Shown: positions 17,961 through 29,045, counted from the stretch's first letter. The stretch is DNA of 53,445 bases from an uncultured Verrucomicrobiales bacterium (GCA_964478775.1 CAYZJC010000003.1:27977-81421); one strand, 5' to 3'. Numbers and translations: made by a program. The notes: a model not told the origin generated them from the letters alone.

Positions 17961-19697
17961 ATGTCCGAACAAAAAAAATTAATCTTTGCTGTCATTGCAA
18001 GCTTTACCTTCTTTTTTATCTTTGATACCTTTTTTCCATCGCAAGTAAAAGCACCGGTTCAAACGACCCAGCACGCCCCAGACACTGCAGTCGCAAAATC
18101 TGAAGGTGGGTCATCATCTGCTCAGCAAGCCGGCACACTTGACAGAGTGCAAGCCCTTAGTGCTGACCAACGCGTGATCATTCACACCCCCTTGTTAAAA
18201 GGGAGTATTAATTTAACGGGTGCCTTATTAGATGATTTAGAATTAGTGGCATACAAAGAAACCTCAGATGAAAAAAGCAGTGCTGTTGTGTTGTTTTCCC
18301 CCTTACACACAAAGACACCTTATTTTTCACACATTTCTTATGCCAGTTCTTTAAATGACAATGCGTGTGCGTCTTCACAAACGGTATGGAAAGTGGTTTC
18401 TGATAACAAGACCCTTTCTGCTAATGCCCCTGTTGTATTGTCTGCTAAAGTTGGTGCTATCGAATATAAGCGTGAAATTAGTGTTGACGACCAATATCTT
18501 TTCACAATAAAAGACACACTTGTGAACACCTCAAAAGAAACAGTTAACTTGTCCCCTAATGCTGTGATTACACGCGTTGGTACACCACAAACAAGTGGTT
18601 TCTTTGTGTTGCATGAAGGCGGTGTGGGGGTGTTAAACCACAAACTTGCCGAATTTTCATATGAAGACATGTCTAAAAAAGGCAATATTCAAGAGACATC
18701 AGTCAATGGTTGGCATGGCTTTACTGACAAATATTGGTTAAGCGCAATTATTCCAGATGCGAAAGATTCTGTAACGGCGTCTTACCAACATGACCAAAAT
18801 AATTACTATGCGAAGACGATTGGTTCAAACCGTGTGATAGAAGCTGGGAAAACAGTTGAGGTTACGCATCATCTTTACGCAGGTGCGAAAGTTCTTCGTA
18901 TGTTAGATGGGTATGAAGTTTCACATAAATTTGACCGCTTTGACTTAGCTGTTGATTTTGGTTGGTTCTACTTTTTAACTAAGCCATTGTTCTATGTGTT
19001 AGACTTTTTAAATAAATTCTTTGGCAACATGGGTATTGCAATTATTTTATTGACCGTTCTCTTTAAAATATTGACACTCCCTTTGGCGAACAAGTCAAGC
19101 CGTTCTATGGCCAAATTGAAAACACTGCAACCTAAAATGGAACGCTTACAAGCCCAGCATGGTAACGACAAAATGCGCCTTAACCAAGAAATTATGGCCT
19201 TGTATAAAAAAGAAAAGGCAAACCCTGTGTCGGGTTGTCTGCCTATGCTCTTGCAAGCCCCCATTTTCTTTTGTTTATACAAAGTGTTCTTTGTTACCAT
19301 TGAAATGCGCCATGCACCCTTCTTTGGCTGGATTCAAGATTTGTCTGCCCCAGACCCAACAACGCTGTTCAATTTGTTTGGACTGCTTCCGTTTGACCCA
19401 CCTTCCTTTCTAATGATTGGTGCATGGCCGCTATTAATGGGTGTCACTATGGTCATGCAACAAAAAATGTCACCACAGCCAGCAGACCCACAGCAAGCAA
19501 AGGTGATGATGATTATGCCAATCATGTTCACGTTTATGTTTGCATCATTTCCTGCTGGTCTTGTTATCTATTGGGCATGGAGCAATATCCTAACCATTTC
19601 ACACCAATGGTATATGGGGCGTGTTACTGCGGCAGAATCTAGCACCATTACAATTCATGCTAATAAAAGCGCTAACAAAAACCCAAAAAAGAAATAA
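17961..19697 (+). CDS. yidC: Membrane protein insertase YidC
   Basis: N-terminal TM helix and a large periplasmic domain. C-terminal core 'GIAIILLTVLFKILTLPL...LQPKMERLQ...LYKKEKANPVSGCLPMLLQAPIFFCLY'. Confidence 0.92.
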   Translation: MSEQKKLIFAVIASFTFFFIFDTFFPSQVKAPVQTTQHAPDTAVAKSEGGSSSAQQAGTLDRVQALSADQRVIIHTPLLKGSINLTGALLDDLELVAYKETSDEKSSAVVLFSPLHTKTPYFSHISYASSLNDNACASSQTVWKVVSDNKTLSANAPVVLSAKVGAIEYKREISVDDQYLFTIKDTLVNTSKETVNLSPNAVITRVGTPQTSGFFVLHEGGVGVLNHKLAEFSYEDMSKKGNIQETSVNGWHGFTDKYWLSAIIPDAKDSVTASYQHDQNNYYAKTIGSNRVIEAGKTVEVTHHLYAGAKVLRMLDGYEVSHKFDRFDLAVDFGWFYFLTKPLFYVLDFLNKFFGNMGIAIILLTVLFKILTLPLANKSSRSMAKLKTLQPKMERLQAQHGNDKMRLNQEIMALYKKEKANPVSGCLPMLLQAPIFFCLYKVFFVTIEMRHAPFFGWIQDLSAPDPTTLFNLFGLLPFDPPSFLMIGAWPLLMGVTMVMQQKMSPQPADPQQAKVMMIMPIMFTFMFASFPAGLVIYWAWSNILTISHQWYMGRVTAAESSTITIHANKSANKNPKKK

Positions 19698-19712
19698 GTT
19701 GAGAAAAGAAGC

Positions 19713-20414
19713 ATGACTGACACGCAGCACACCTTGTCACCACAGACAGAAGCCGCAATCCTTAAGGAAACAGACCCACAAGCGTTTGCGAACTGGCTGT
19801 TTGCCCAAGAGTTTCGCTTTCTTCGTGGGGTTGACAAATTATCAGCCCTACCAGACTTTGTTTTTCCTGAAGTTGCTTTTGCTGGCAGGTCAAACGTTGG
19901 AAAGTCTAGTCTTATTAATGCCCTTATGGGGCGCAAAACCGTTGCGCGTGTTTCTAATACACCAGGGCGGACGCAGCAGCTCAACTTTTTTCAAATTTTA
20001 CAAGAACTCATTTTGGTGGATATGCCTGGCTATGGGTATGCCAAGGCCCCTAAACCAATGGTTGAACAATGGCAAAAACTTGTGCGTCAATACTTATTAG
20101 GGCGCCCAACTTTAAAGCGTGTCTATGTTCTGATAGATAGTCGCCATGGCATTAAAGACATTGACCTTGAAATGATGATGATGTTAGACGAAACAGCTGT
20201 TTCTTACCAGGTTGTTCTCACCAAGCTAGATAAAATTTCTTTAACTGAAAAACAAGAGGTTGAACAACAAACGCAAGAAATCTTAAAAAAGCACCCTGCC
20301 GCTTTCCCTGTGCTGTCTCTCACCAGCAGTGAAAAACGTGAAGGCATTGAACAGTTGCGTTTGGAAATTTCTAAAGCTGCTATCAGTTATGCAAAACTCT
20401 TTGATCTTGTGTGA
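19713..20414 (+). CDS. engB: Ribosome biogenesis GTPase YihA/EngB
   Basis: '[19 protein letters not shown]', 'VDMPGYGYA', 'VLTKLDK'. Confidence 0.9.
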   Translation: MTDTQHTLSPQTEAAILKETDPQAFANWLFAQEFRFLRGVDKLSALPDFVFPEVAFAGRSNVGKSSLINALMGRKTVARVSNTPGRTQQLNFFQILQELILVDMPGYGYAKAPKPMVEQWQKLVRQYLLGRPTLKRVYVLIDSRHGIKDIDLEMMMMLDETAVSYQVVLTKLDKISLTEKQEVEQQTQEILKKHPAAFPVLSLTSSEKREGIEQLRLEISKAAISYAKLFDLV

Positions 20415-20457
20415 TGTGATTTTGAATCACCATTAAGCTTATGGATTAATCAAATAG

Positions 20458-21207
20458 ATGCCCCAGCAGTATGATAGATTTTCCAGGCAAGCAAAGGCTT
20501 ATGCAACAAGTAGGCCCCAATACCCTTTGGCTATATATGAATTTTTAGCCAGTATTGTACCTTCAAATGAATGTGCTTGGGATTCTGCTACTGGAAATGG
20601 GTAAGCTGCGCTTCATTTAAGCCAATTTTTTAAGCAGGTTTATGCAACAGACTTAAGTGCGGCACAAATTAGTAACGCCTTTCCACATGAACGTATATCA
20701 TATGAAGTCGCTGCCGCTGAAGATGTAGACTTAGCAGCTAATTCTGTTGACTTAATTACCGTTGCCCAAGCTGTCCACTGGTTTGATTTAGATAAGTTTT
20801 ATTCTATTGCTAAGTCATGCTTAAAACCTGCTGGTATCATTGCCCTTTGGGCTTATGGTTTTATTCATGCAAAAGATGCAAGCATTGATAAAATTTTTCA
20901 AAAAGTGGGGAAGGAGATTTTAAAGGATTTTTGGGATGAAAATGTTAAGGCGATTTGGCAAGGCTATGCAACCTTACCGTTTCCCTTTGTAGAAATTACA
21001 CACCCGAAATGGTTGATGTCCGTAAAATGGAGCAGAAATAAATTTGTGACTTATATTGAACGTTGGTCAGCTTCACAAAAATATTATGATCACTATCAGA
21101 CGTCGGTTATTGAAGAAATTATTCAGGAACTTAACATAGTCTGGCCATGTGAAAACCAATTACACCATTTTGAGGCACCTTTAACAAGTCGCATTGGTTC
21201 AAGATAG
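20458..21207 (+). pseudogene. Class I SAM-dependent methyltransferase interrupted by an in-frame TAA inside SAM-binding motif I
   Basis: Hand translation from ATG 20458 gives MPQQYDRFSRQAKAYATSRPQYP...CAWDSATGNG*AALHLSQFFKQVYATDLS...VDLITVAQAVHWFD...LKPAGIIALWAY. It continues in frame into the ORF-track ORF 20905-21207. The stop is TAA at 20602-20604, where related enzymes have Gln (GNGQAA). Confidence 0.7.
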
Positions 21208-21266
21208 GGGCAGCACTTATTTGCGCCCGCAACATCCCTTAATGGTATCCACAGAGCTCTCAAAAA

Positions 21267-22268
21267 CTATTTTTGAAAGATAAGAGTTTGCCAATCTTCA
21301 ATATCTATCGTCTCAAATAATGTAAAACCAGCTTGTTGGTAAACATCGCAAACCATTTCTTTGTGACGGCTTAATAGGCCAGACACAATGACGTACCCCC
21401 CTTTACTGGTCGAGGCAGAAAAATGTGGTGCTAAATCACACAAAGGTTGCGCCAAAATATTTGCGAACACTAACAGGTAAGGCCCAGCTTTTTCTATAAG
21501 CGGGTTTTCAAAACCAAGACTTTGTTCAACTGTTATGCTTACGCCATTAAGGCTTGCATTTAATGTAGCCACGCGCACAGATTCAGGGTCGCAATCAGCC
21601 ATGTACACATTGGCAAGCGGAAACGTTTGTTTGGCAGCTATCCCTAAAATGCCAGAACCACACCCCATATCTAAGAAGTTGACTCCACTTTCTTTTTCTA
21701 AAGGTGCTGAAATAGGTATGTCGAGTGACAAAATTGTTAGGGCCTCGAGACAGCCTCTTGTTGAGGGGTGCTCACCGCTTCCAAATGCAGTAGCTGCATC
21801 AATGCATACACCAAAAAGGTTATCAGGGACTCTCTCATCAATGAGGTGACTACCATACACGTAGTAGCGCCCAAAAATTCTGGGTGACATTGTCTTGTAG
21901 CATGCTTCTAGCCAGTCTTTATCGTCTACAAGTTGAATAGCTACTTGAGGGGTGAAGGTATCTTGATTTCCTAATTGCTTAAGGCAAATATCAATCACAC
22001 AAGATAAAGCCGCCGTAATAGCGTTAAGACTTGGTGGATTGTAGGTGTATCCATCAATGATAAATTCACTTGCAATTGGAAAACCGCTATCATCTAGCAA
22101 CTCAAGAGGTGCACTATCATCGCATTCAGCCCAGCTCATCCCAAGAAGGGAAAGTTGTTCAAAAGTGATTAAAGACTCGTGTAAAGCAACATAAGGTACG
22201 CGTGCCTTAATATGCCAAAGATTTGGATGCGTTGAAGTTGTGGTGTCGTGAGGATTTTCGCTAGACAT
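21267..22268 (-). CDS. prmA: Ribosomal protein L11 methyltransferase
   Basis: 'FGSGEHPSTRGCLEAL' and 'FLDMGCGSGILGIAA' are PrmA signatures. Confidence 0.85.
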   Translation of the reverse strand: MSSENPHDTTTSTHPNLWHIKARVPYVALHESLITFEQLSLLGMSWAECDDSAPLELLDDSGFPIASEFIIDGYTYNPPSLNAITAALSCVIDICLKQLGNQDTFTPQVAIQLVDDKDWLEACYKTMSPRIFGRYYVYGSHLIDERVPDNLFGVCIDAATAFGSGEHPSTRGCLEALTILSLDIPISAPLEKESGVNFLDMGCGSGILGIAAKQTFPLANVYMADCDPESVRVATLNASLNGVSITVEQSLGFENPLIEKAGPYLLVFANILAQPLCDLAPHFSASTSKGGYVIVSGLLSRHKEMVCDVYQQAGFTLFETIDIEDWQTLIFQK

Positions 22269-22363
22269 ATAATTTCTTTGATTTTTGTTTTGGGTTAAAA
22301 CTTATAAGTGCGACAGAACATATAAAAGCTGTTTAAGTATAAACAGGATCGGCAACTTATTAA

Positions 22364-22439
22364 TGGCTCCCCGGAACGGATTCGAACCGATGACCCAGTG
22401 GTTAACAGCCACTTGCTCTACCGACTGAGCTACCGGGGA
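22364..22439 (-). tRNA. tRNA-Asn (anticodon GTT)
   Basis: The reverse complement folds as TCCCCGG-TA-GCTC-AGTCGGTA-GAGC-A-AGTGG-CTGTTAA-CCACT-GGGTC-ATCGG-TTCGAAT-CCGTT-CCGGGGA-G-CCA. 76 nt with an encoded CCA. There is one U-U mismatch in the T stem. Confidence 0.87.
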
Positions 22440-22555
22440 ACGTAATATTAGTTATAACAGGGATAAATAAAAATTTCAATACTTTTTTTTGAAATCTGCT
22501 AACATAAATTTTGTATTGACGCCTTTTATTCACTGTAGTACTATGCGTTCAATAA

Positions 22556-23614
<1,059 letters not shown>

Positions 23615-23690
23615 GCTAGCCCTTTGAGCGTGGGCGTATGCGTCGCTCGTTCAAGGGTGAAGCGCAACTCTTAGATCATGATCAAGCTTA

Positions 23691-23720
23691 AAGGTAAACC
23701 CTACAAAAGACGTTTACCTT
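23691..23720. terminator. Hairpin in the convergent intergenic region (possible bidirectional terminator)
   Basis: AAGGTAAAC (23691-23699) pairs with GTTTACCTT (23712-23720): a perfect 9-bp stem with a 12-nt loop. It is followed by 'attctttatt'. Confidence 0.45.
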
Positions 23721-23725
23721 ATTCT

Positions 23726-25456
23726 TTATTTTCCATTTCCTAAATCAGGCATTGCAGCCAGTAAGGCTTGTGTTTGCTCGCGGCCAAAACCATTATTACT
23801 GACGATATTTTGAAGATTGGCGCGGTATTCTTCCCTTTCAAATTCAGTCAGGCTTGGGTCAGAGAGCAACATATTAAACAAGGTGGCTGCTGCGTGTGTG
23901 GGTTCAGACGACACAGGGACTAGCGCATGAGTGGCATAGTGTCCTGCAAGTATCCAACGGACATTGCTCCGTTGTTTGGGGGTAAGGTCAATATTGTCTA
24001 ACAGTGATGAGAACAGAGATAACGCATTCAAGTTAGCTTCTTCAGATTTTAAGAAGAAGGCATTTCTCACATGGTAATTTGCCAAGGTCAGTTTATAGTC
24101 ATAATTTTGTTCTGGCGTTAAGGTCACAACTTTTGGAATTTCATCATAAATTTTAAGGGCACGAGAACGTGATTCTGACGGTGTTAAATTAAATGAGCAA
24201 TTTAAATAGTTTTCAGCCAACTTTACTGTATAAAACACATGTAGCTTTTGCGGTAGACCATCAAGTTTAACAATGTTTTCAAGCAAGTCTAAAGCGTTTT
24301 CACGCGCATCTTCAGGGGTTGCTGAAAAGGCATTCATTAAATAGTTAGTTGCCACAATGAAATATAGCTGTGCTTTTAAGATGGGGGAAACCTCTTGTTC
24401 TTCCATCGCATTTTTATACAGATCAAAGCGTTGTTTTTGAACTTCATGTGGGGGGACATCTTGATAAAACTCTGTAAAGGTTGCAAGTGCTAGCCTTGCT
24501 TTTACGCGAATATCCGCTGAAGCTGCAGCGTCTTCAATTACATCTTGGTACAGAGCCCTTGCTAAATCAACTGCATTATTGTGTGGGGCTTCGAAAAGAT
24601 TTTGTAAATACCCATGTGCCAACTGCATTCTAGAACGTGACCGTGTTTCCGCACTGATATGGTGCGCATCTAAATTTTTATGAAGCAGCTCAAACGCTTT
24701 GTCATGTGCTTCTTTAGGGGGCATATTATAAAACCCTTTGAGATATAGTTTGGCTTGAAAGCGCCCTGCCCATGCTTTGAGGTCATCTGAATAAGTGGGG
24801 TCATTTAATATTTCGTTGATGTATTGCAAGATTTGTTCTTGTGATTTGTGTACAAGGCGCGGGTCCATATCACGCTTTAACAGCATAATGTAAATTTTAG
24901 AGATATTTAATTTTGCACGCCCTTTTAAATCTGCACTCACCTCTGGCAGCTGAATAACCTGTTCGTAAAGACGAATCGCTTCATCTAATGAGGTTTGCAA
25001 AGAAAAATGCAGGCGGTTATTTCTGTGATCATCTGCAATTTTTAATATAGCCAGCGCTTTATCGTCATTTCCCACCTTTTTGATATCTAGCTTTTCAGGT
25101 ACATCAGGGTCAAATTTTCCTGCATCTTCTGAAATTTCTCTGGCATCTTCATGAACTGTTTGTTCGTGAACAAGCTTTTCGTCTGAATTGTTTTCATCGC
25201 CATCACTGGCTTGTCCTTTATCTTTTTTGTCCACTGGAACCTCTGTGTCAATGGCAATTTTTTCAGCTTCACTGACTTCCTTTGGAAAAGAGAGAAGATC
25301 ATCAGCTTCACTACTGTTGTTTTTTTGGCTCACTGATTTTTTTTCAGCATGATCTTGCTCTTGCTCATCTGATTGGTCATTTGCAAATGATAGTGACGCA
25401 CATGCAGAAAGCATCAAAGCTATATGCGTTGAAAGCTTAAAGTTAATCATGATCAT
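23726..25456 (-). CDS. Exported helical-repeat protein (TPR-like, ~40-45-aa repeats)
   Basis: 576 aa. Signal peptide 'STHIALMLSACASLSFAND' and an acidic N-terminal region. At least 7 degenerate repeats follow, each with a helix ending in LA..Y/H...NAF and a 'L(T)P...' turn. Examples are 'LKAQLYFIVATNYLMNAFSATPEDARENALDLLE', 'YTVKLAENYLNCSFNLTPSESRSRALKIYD' and 'YKLTLANYHVRNAFFLKSEEANLNALSLFS'. Confidence 0.5.
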   Translation of the reverse strand: MIMINFKLSTHIALMLSACASLSFANDQSDEQEQDHAEKKSVSQKNNSSEADDLLSFPKEVSEAEKIAIDTEVPVDKKDKGQASDGDENNSDEKLVHEQTVHEDAREISEDAGKFDPDVPEKLDIKKVGNDDKALAILKIADDHRNNRLHFSLQTSLDEAIRLYEQVIQLPEVSADLKGRAKLNISKIYIMLLKRDMDPRLVHKSQEQILQYINEILNDPTYSDDLKAWAGRFQAKLYLKGFYNMPPKEAHDKAFELLHKNLDAHHISAETRSRSRMQLAHGYLQNLFEAPHNNAVDLARALYQDVIEDAAASADIRVKARLALATFTEFYQDVPPHEVQKQRFDLYKNAMEEQEVSPILKAQLYFIVATNYLMNAFSATPEDARENALDLLENIVKLDGLPQKLHVFYTVKLAENYLNCSFNLTPSESRSRALKIYDEIPKVVTLTPEQNYDYKLTLANYHVRNAFFLKSEEANLNALSLFSSLLDNIDLTPKQRSNVRWILAGHYATHALVPVSSEPTHAAATLFNMLLSDPSLTEFEREEYRANLQNIVSNNGFGREQTQALLAAMPDLGNGK

Positions 25457-25501
25457 TTCTCCTTAAAGGGTTGCTAAAATTAAAGGTTAATCGTTTATTT
25501 T

Positions 25502-26557
25502 TTATGCAGCTGGTGGCGTGGTAGCTGTATCTGTTACCGTTGCGACAGGTTTCCCATTTTCTTCAACTAAAATTCTTCCAAAACAAATATGTTTATCATC
25601 AATCACAAAGGGGTACATACTAAATTTTTGTGGTGCACCAGATGAATTTGCCAACATATATTGATTTGGTTTAAAAAGATCTGGCCTTGGGTTTTCTGGT
25701 TTAATCAAGGAAGTCACTTCACCAAAGAAGCGTTGATAATCGTCAATTTCTGCTTTTTCACCAACAAATCCGTCGTTACCATTGCGGCTGTGCAGTCTGA
25801 AATAATTGCCTTCACTCACTTTATACACACAAATGACCGCTTCTTCAATTTCAACATTTTTCATCACATCTCGTTGCAATTGGTTCACAGTAATGGTGCC
25901 TTGCATCAATTCATCAACCTTCATTGCAACAGCTTCACCAAACACATTGGTTTTAGTGGTTGGGTAGTCTGATGAATACACTTTGTTTTCGCCAGGTGAA
26001 GAAAAACGTGCGACACAAATATTGTCTCTATCAATAACGGTAATGTTCGCTTGGAAATGCTGGATAACACCATTAGAGTCTAGCTTGAGAGGTACCGAAA
26101 TAATATGTGAGGGACGCTTAAACGTACCAGCATCTGCAGAAACGTTTGCCAAATTGATAGCTTGTTGAACTTTTTCATCATCAAAGAATTTCGTATACAA
26201 GGCGATTTGGGCAGGGTCAGTCACAACCCCATTGTAGTCTTGGCGAGTATGAAGTTGAAAAATGGTCCCATTAACACGCTTTAAACAAATCACGGCTTGG
26301 TCCACACGCACCTCTTCACGCACCGCTGTCATTATCTGGTCTGCGTTCTTGCCTGCTGCGAGTTCCATTTCAATTCGCTTTTTTATATCACCCAAAAATG
26401 GACGCTTTTCACGAATTTTAGGGTCTTCCGGTGAGGGCGGTGCCTCATTCTCAGCAACAAGATAGCTGCTTTGTGAAGCCGCTAGCATCAGCACCCCTAA
26501 TGCTGATAAAAATTTTATTGTTTTATTAAAAACGGTATTATGTTTGTGAATTGTCAT
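25502..26557 (-). CDS. Exported protein with two copies of a ~125-aa module (paralogous to 26707-27720)
   Basis: 351 aa with a signal peptide. Internal duplication: 'REEVRVDQAVICLKRVNGTIFQLHTRQDYNGVVTDPAQIALYTKFF' matches 'RDVMKNVEIEEAVICVYKVSEGNYFRLHSRNGNDGFVGEKAEIDDYQRFF', and '...ITVIDRDNICVARFSSPGE' matches '...FVIDDKHICFGRILVEE'. Confidence 0.5.
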   Translation of the reverse strand: MTIHKHNTVFNKTIKFLSALGVLMLAASQSSYLVAENEAPPSPEDPKIREKRPFLGDIKKRIEMELAAGKNADQIMTAVREEVRVDQAVICLKRVNGTIFQLHTRQDYNGVVTDPAQIALYTKFFDDEKVQQAINLANVSADAGTFKRPSHIISVPLKLDSNGVIQHFQANITVIDRDNICVARFSSPGENKVYSSDYPTTKTNVFGEAVAMKVDELMQGTITVNQLQRDVMKNVEIEEAVICVYKVSEGNYFRLHSRNGNDGFVGEKAEIDDYQRFFGEVTSLIKPENPRPDLFKPNQYMLANSSGAPQKFSMYPFVIDDKHICFGRILVEENGKPVATVTDTATTPPAA

Positions 26558-26706
26558 AGTGATATTCCTTATCTTGTTACTGATATATTTTGCCTAAAAT
26601 GACAGGTGCTACGTTCATTGTATCACATATGTCTAATTTTAAAATAATTTTAAATACTTGATACATCTTCATCTCTTTAGCTGTGCATAGTTACCCATCA
26701 TTTTCC

Positions 26707-27720
26707 TTATTGTTGGGGGAGCGCATAACGCGCAACGCATATTGTGTCGCCTGGCACAACTGTTGTTCCAACTGCAATCACTTGTCCAACATACCCACTT
26801 ACAGCCACCTGCCCTGGAACAGCAACGAGGTTACTTGTTTGTTCTCTATGGCGGCGATGTTGCCCTTTTACAGTGGTATACACAAAGTATTGGGAAAAGA
26901 TGTCTGGGCTTTGAAACAGTTCATTTAATGCTTTGATGTCTGCATAGTTTTGCACAGGGTTTTTCACAGAACCGTCCTCACTCGAGTAGGTAATGTAAAG
27001 TAAACCGCTTTTGTAATAGCAGTCAACAGATTGCCCACTGTCGTGATTCGCAATGTGATTCACTTCAGGAAACAAGGTGACAACTGGGTTGTTTGACAAA
27101 ACATTCGATCCATTTTTTTGCACAACTTCAAAAACACTTTTAAGGTACGTATTGCCTGCAACAATGGTTTGATTTGTAGACACAGCAATTGGCAGCTGCA
27201 CAATGCCAGATGACGTTTGAATTAGGATACCACTTGGAAGCACGGAACCATAAAATTGAACCCCTATTTTAGAAATAGCCCCGGGAACTTGCTGTGGTGC
27301 TACGGGTGGGCTCATCATAACGGGTGGTTGATTTAGTTGGGCTTGAAGCGGCTGAAGGGGTGGTTGACTTATGGGTTGTTCAGCAATCACGTTTGCGGGT
27401 TGAGGAGTTGGTAAAGCCGCTGGCTGTGCTTGTTCAACCGGTTGTGCAACTTGTTCTGTAGGTGGGGTCTGCGTCACGCTATTAACGGCTTGTGAAATTT
27501 GCAAAGCTTGTGATGGCTGTGTCGCATGCACTTGTTCCACTGGGGGTGGATTTTGAGTTTCAGCATTTGTATTGGGAGCGGCATTGTTTACCATAGGACC
27601 AATAACCGGCAACACCGTTTGACTTGCATGCGAACAATAGGGAAATACAAAAGCTGCACACATTACGCTATGTCTTAAGGATCTCTTGAATAATTTTAAA
27701 GTACGTCTCTTGTGTTCCAT
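26707..27720 (-). CDS. Exported protein: P/Q-rich linker plus one copy of the same module
   Basis: 337 aa with a signal-like N-terminus. Residues ~45-147 are P/Q/A-rich. The C-terminus 'GQSVDCYYKSGLLYITYSSEDGSVKNPVQNYADIKALNELF...TTVVPGDTICVARYALP' parallels the modules of the neighbouring gene. Confidence 0.5.
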   Translation of the reverse strand: MEHKRRTLKLFKRSLRHSVMCAAFVFPYCSHASQTVLPVIGPMVNNAAPNTNAETQNPPPVEQVHATQPSQALQISQAVNSVTQTPPTEQVAQPVEQAQPAALPTPQPANVIAEQPISQPPLQPLQAQLNQPPVMMSPPVAPQQVPGAISKIGVQFYGSVLPSGILIQTSSGIVQLPIAVSTNQTIVAGNTYLKSVFEVVQKNGSNVLSNNPVVTLFPEVNHIANHDSGQSVDCYYKSGLLYITYSSEDGSVKNPVQNYADIKALNELFQSPDIFSQYFVYTTVKGQHRRHREQTSNLVAVPGQVAVSGYVGQVIAVGTTVVPGDTICVARYALPQQ

Positions 27721-27921
27721 AAGTGCCAGATCAAATTAAAATCTTATCTATTTCTTAATGTAGGTTAAAAAGCATTAAAAAAGTGTTAACATATTTAAAA
27801 GATGGCTCGACTTTTTAAAAAAAATGAGCGAACATATCTTGATAAAGGCATGTAAAGCAACTATATTGCCTTTACCAACGCTTTAAAATGAAGAAAATAT
27901 ACACAAAAGGATTCAGAAAAA

Positions 27922-28947
27922 ATGAGTGATAAAAATGATCGATCAAAAGCACTAGAAGCCGCTTTATCTCAGATTGAGCGATCGTTTGGTAAAGGTTCTG
28001 TTATGCGCCTTGGACAAAAAGGAAGTGCTGTTGAAGCAGAAGTAATCTCTACCGGTTCATTAGGTTTAGACATTGCGCTTGGAATTGGCGGTTTACCTAA
28101 GGGACGTATTATCGAAGTGTATGGACCTGAGTCCTCTGGTAAAACAACACTTGCGCTGCACGTTGTTGCAGAAGCACAAAAAAAGGGTGGAATGTGCGCT
28201 TTCGTTGACGCAGAACACGCACTTGACCCTGCTTATGCAAAGAAGCTAGGGGTGAATTTAGATGAATTGGTGATCTCACAGCCAGACACAGGTGAACAGG
28301 CCTTAGAAATTGCTGACACTTTGGTAAGAAGCGGAGGGATTGATGTGTTGGTGATAGACAGCGTTGCAGCACTGGTACCAAAAGCAGAATTAGAAGGGGA
28401 AATGGGCGATTCTCACATGGGTCTGCAAGCGCGCTTGATGAGCCAAGCGTTACGTAAATTAACAGGCTCTATTTCTAAAACAAATTGTATGGTTATCTTC
28501 ATCAACCAAATTCGCCAAAAAATTGGTGTGATGTTTGGCAACCCTGAAACAACAACAGGGGGGAATGCCTTAAAGTTTTATGCATCTGTTCGTTTAGATA
28601 TCAGAAGGATTGGCGCCCTTAAAGACAAGGAAAATATTGTTGGTAACCAAACACGCGTCAAGGTTGTCAAAAACAAAATGGCACCACCCTTCAAGGTTGT
28701 TGATTTCGACATTATGTATGGTGAAGGTGTTTCCAAAATGGGCGAACTGATTGACCTTGGTGTCAAAGCGGGTTCTTGGTATTCGTATGGCACTCAACGT
28801 ATTGGCCAAGGCCGTGAGTCAACGCGTCAATTCTTAAAAGATAACCCTGAAGTCGCCATACGTATTGAAAATGCTGTTCGCGAAAACGCAGGGCAAGTAG
28901 CAGATGCAATGATGGACGCTGGTGGAGATACCGGAACTGACGACTAA
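27922..28947 (+). CDS. recA: Recombinase RecA
   Basis: '[22 protein letters not shown]', Walker A '[13 protein letters not shown]', '[18 protein letters not shown]', '[37 protein letters not shown]'. Confidence 0.96.
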   Translation: MSDKNDRSKALEAALSQIERSFGKGSVMRLGQKGSAVEAEVISTGSLGLDIALGIGGLPKGRIIEVYGPESSGKTTLALHVVAEAQKKGGMCAFVDAEHALDPAYAKKLGVNLDELVISQPDTGEQALEIADTLVRSGGIDVLVIDSVAALVPKAELEGEMGDSHMGLQARLMSQALRKLTGSISKTNCMVIFINQIRQKIGVMFGNPETTTGGNALKFYASVRLDIRRIGALKDKENIVGNQTRVKVVKNKMAPPFKVVDFDIMYGEGVSKMGELIDLGVKAGSWYSYGTQRIGQGRESTRQFLKDNPEVAIRIENAVRENAGQVADAMMDAGGDTGTDD

Positions 28948-28974
28948 GACCGTTTCATAAATCCACACAAAAGT

Positions 28975-29015
28975 GACGCCTTATATGCTACAAATAGATA
29001 TAGGGCGTTTTTTTA
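28975..29015 (+). terminator. Rho-independent terminator after recA
   Basis: Stem GACGCCTTATAT (28975-28986) pairs with ATATAGGGCGT (28998-29008) with one mismatch. A T-run follows at 29008-29015. Confidence 0.6.
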
Positions 29016-29045
29016 TGACTCAACACATATCAAGAGAAAGTTACT

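Noticed and set aside
27721-27921. Searched the recA upstream region for an SOS box
   Set aside because: I found no alphaproteobacterial GAAC-N7-GAAC/GTTC-N7-GTTC direct repeat and no CTGT-N8-ACAG palindrome. Only a single 'gaac' is present. No LexA site is claimed.
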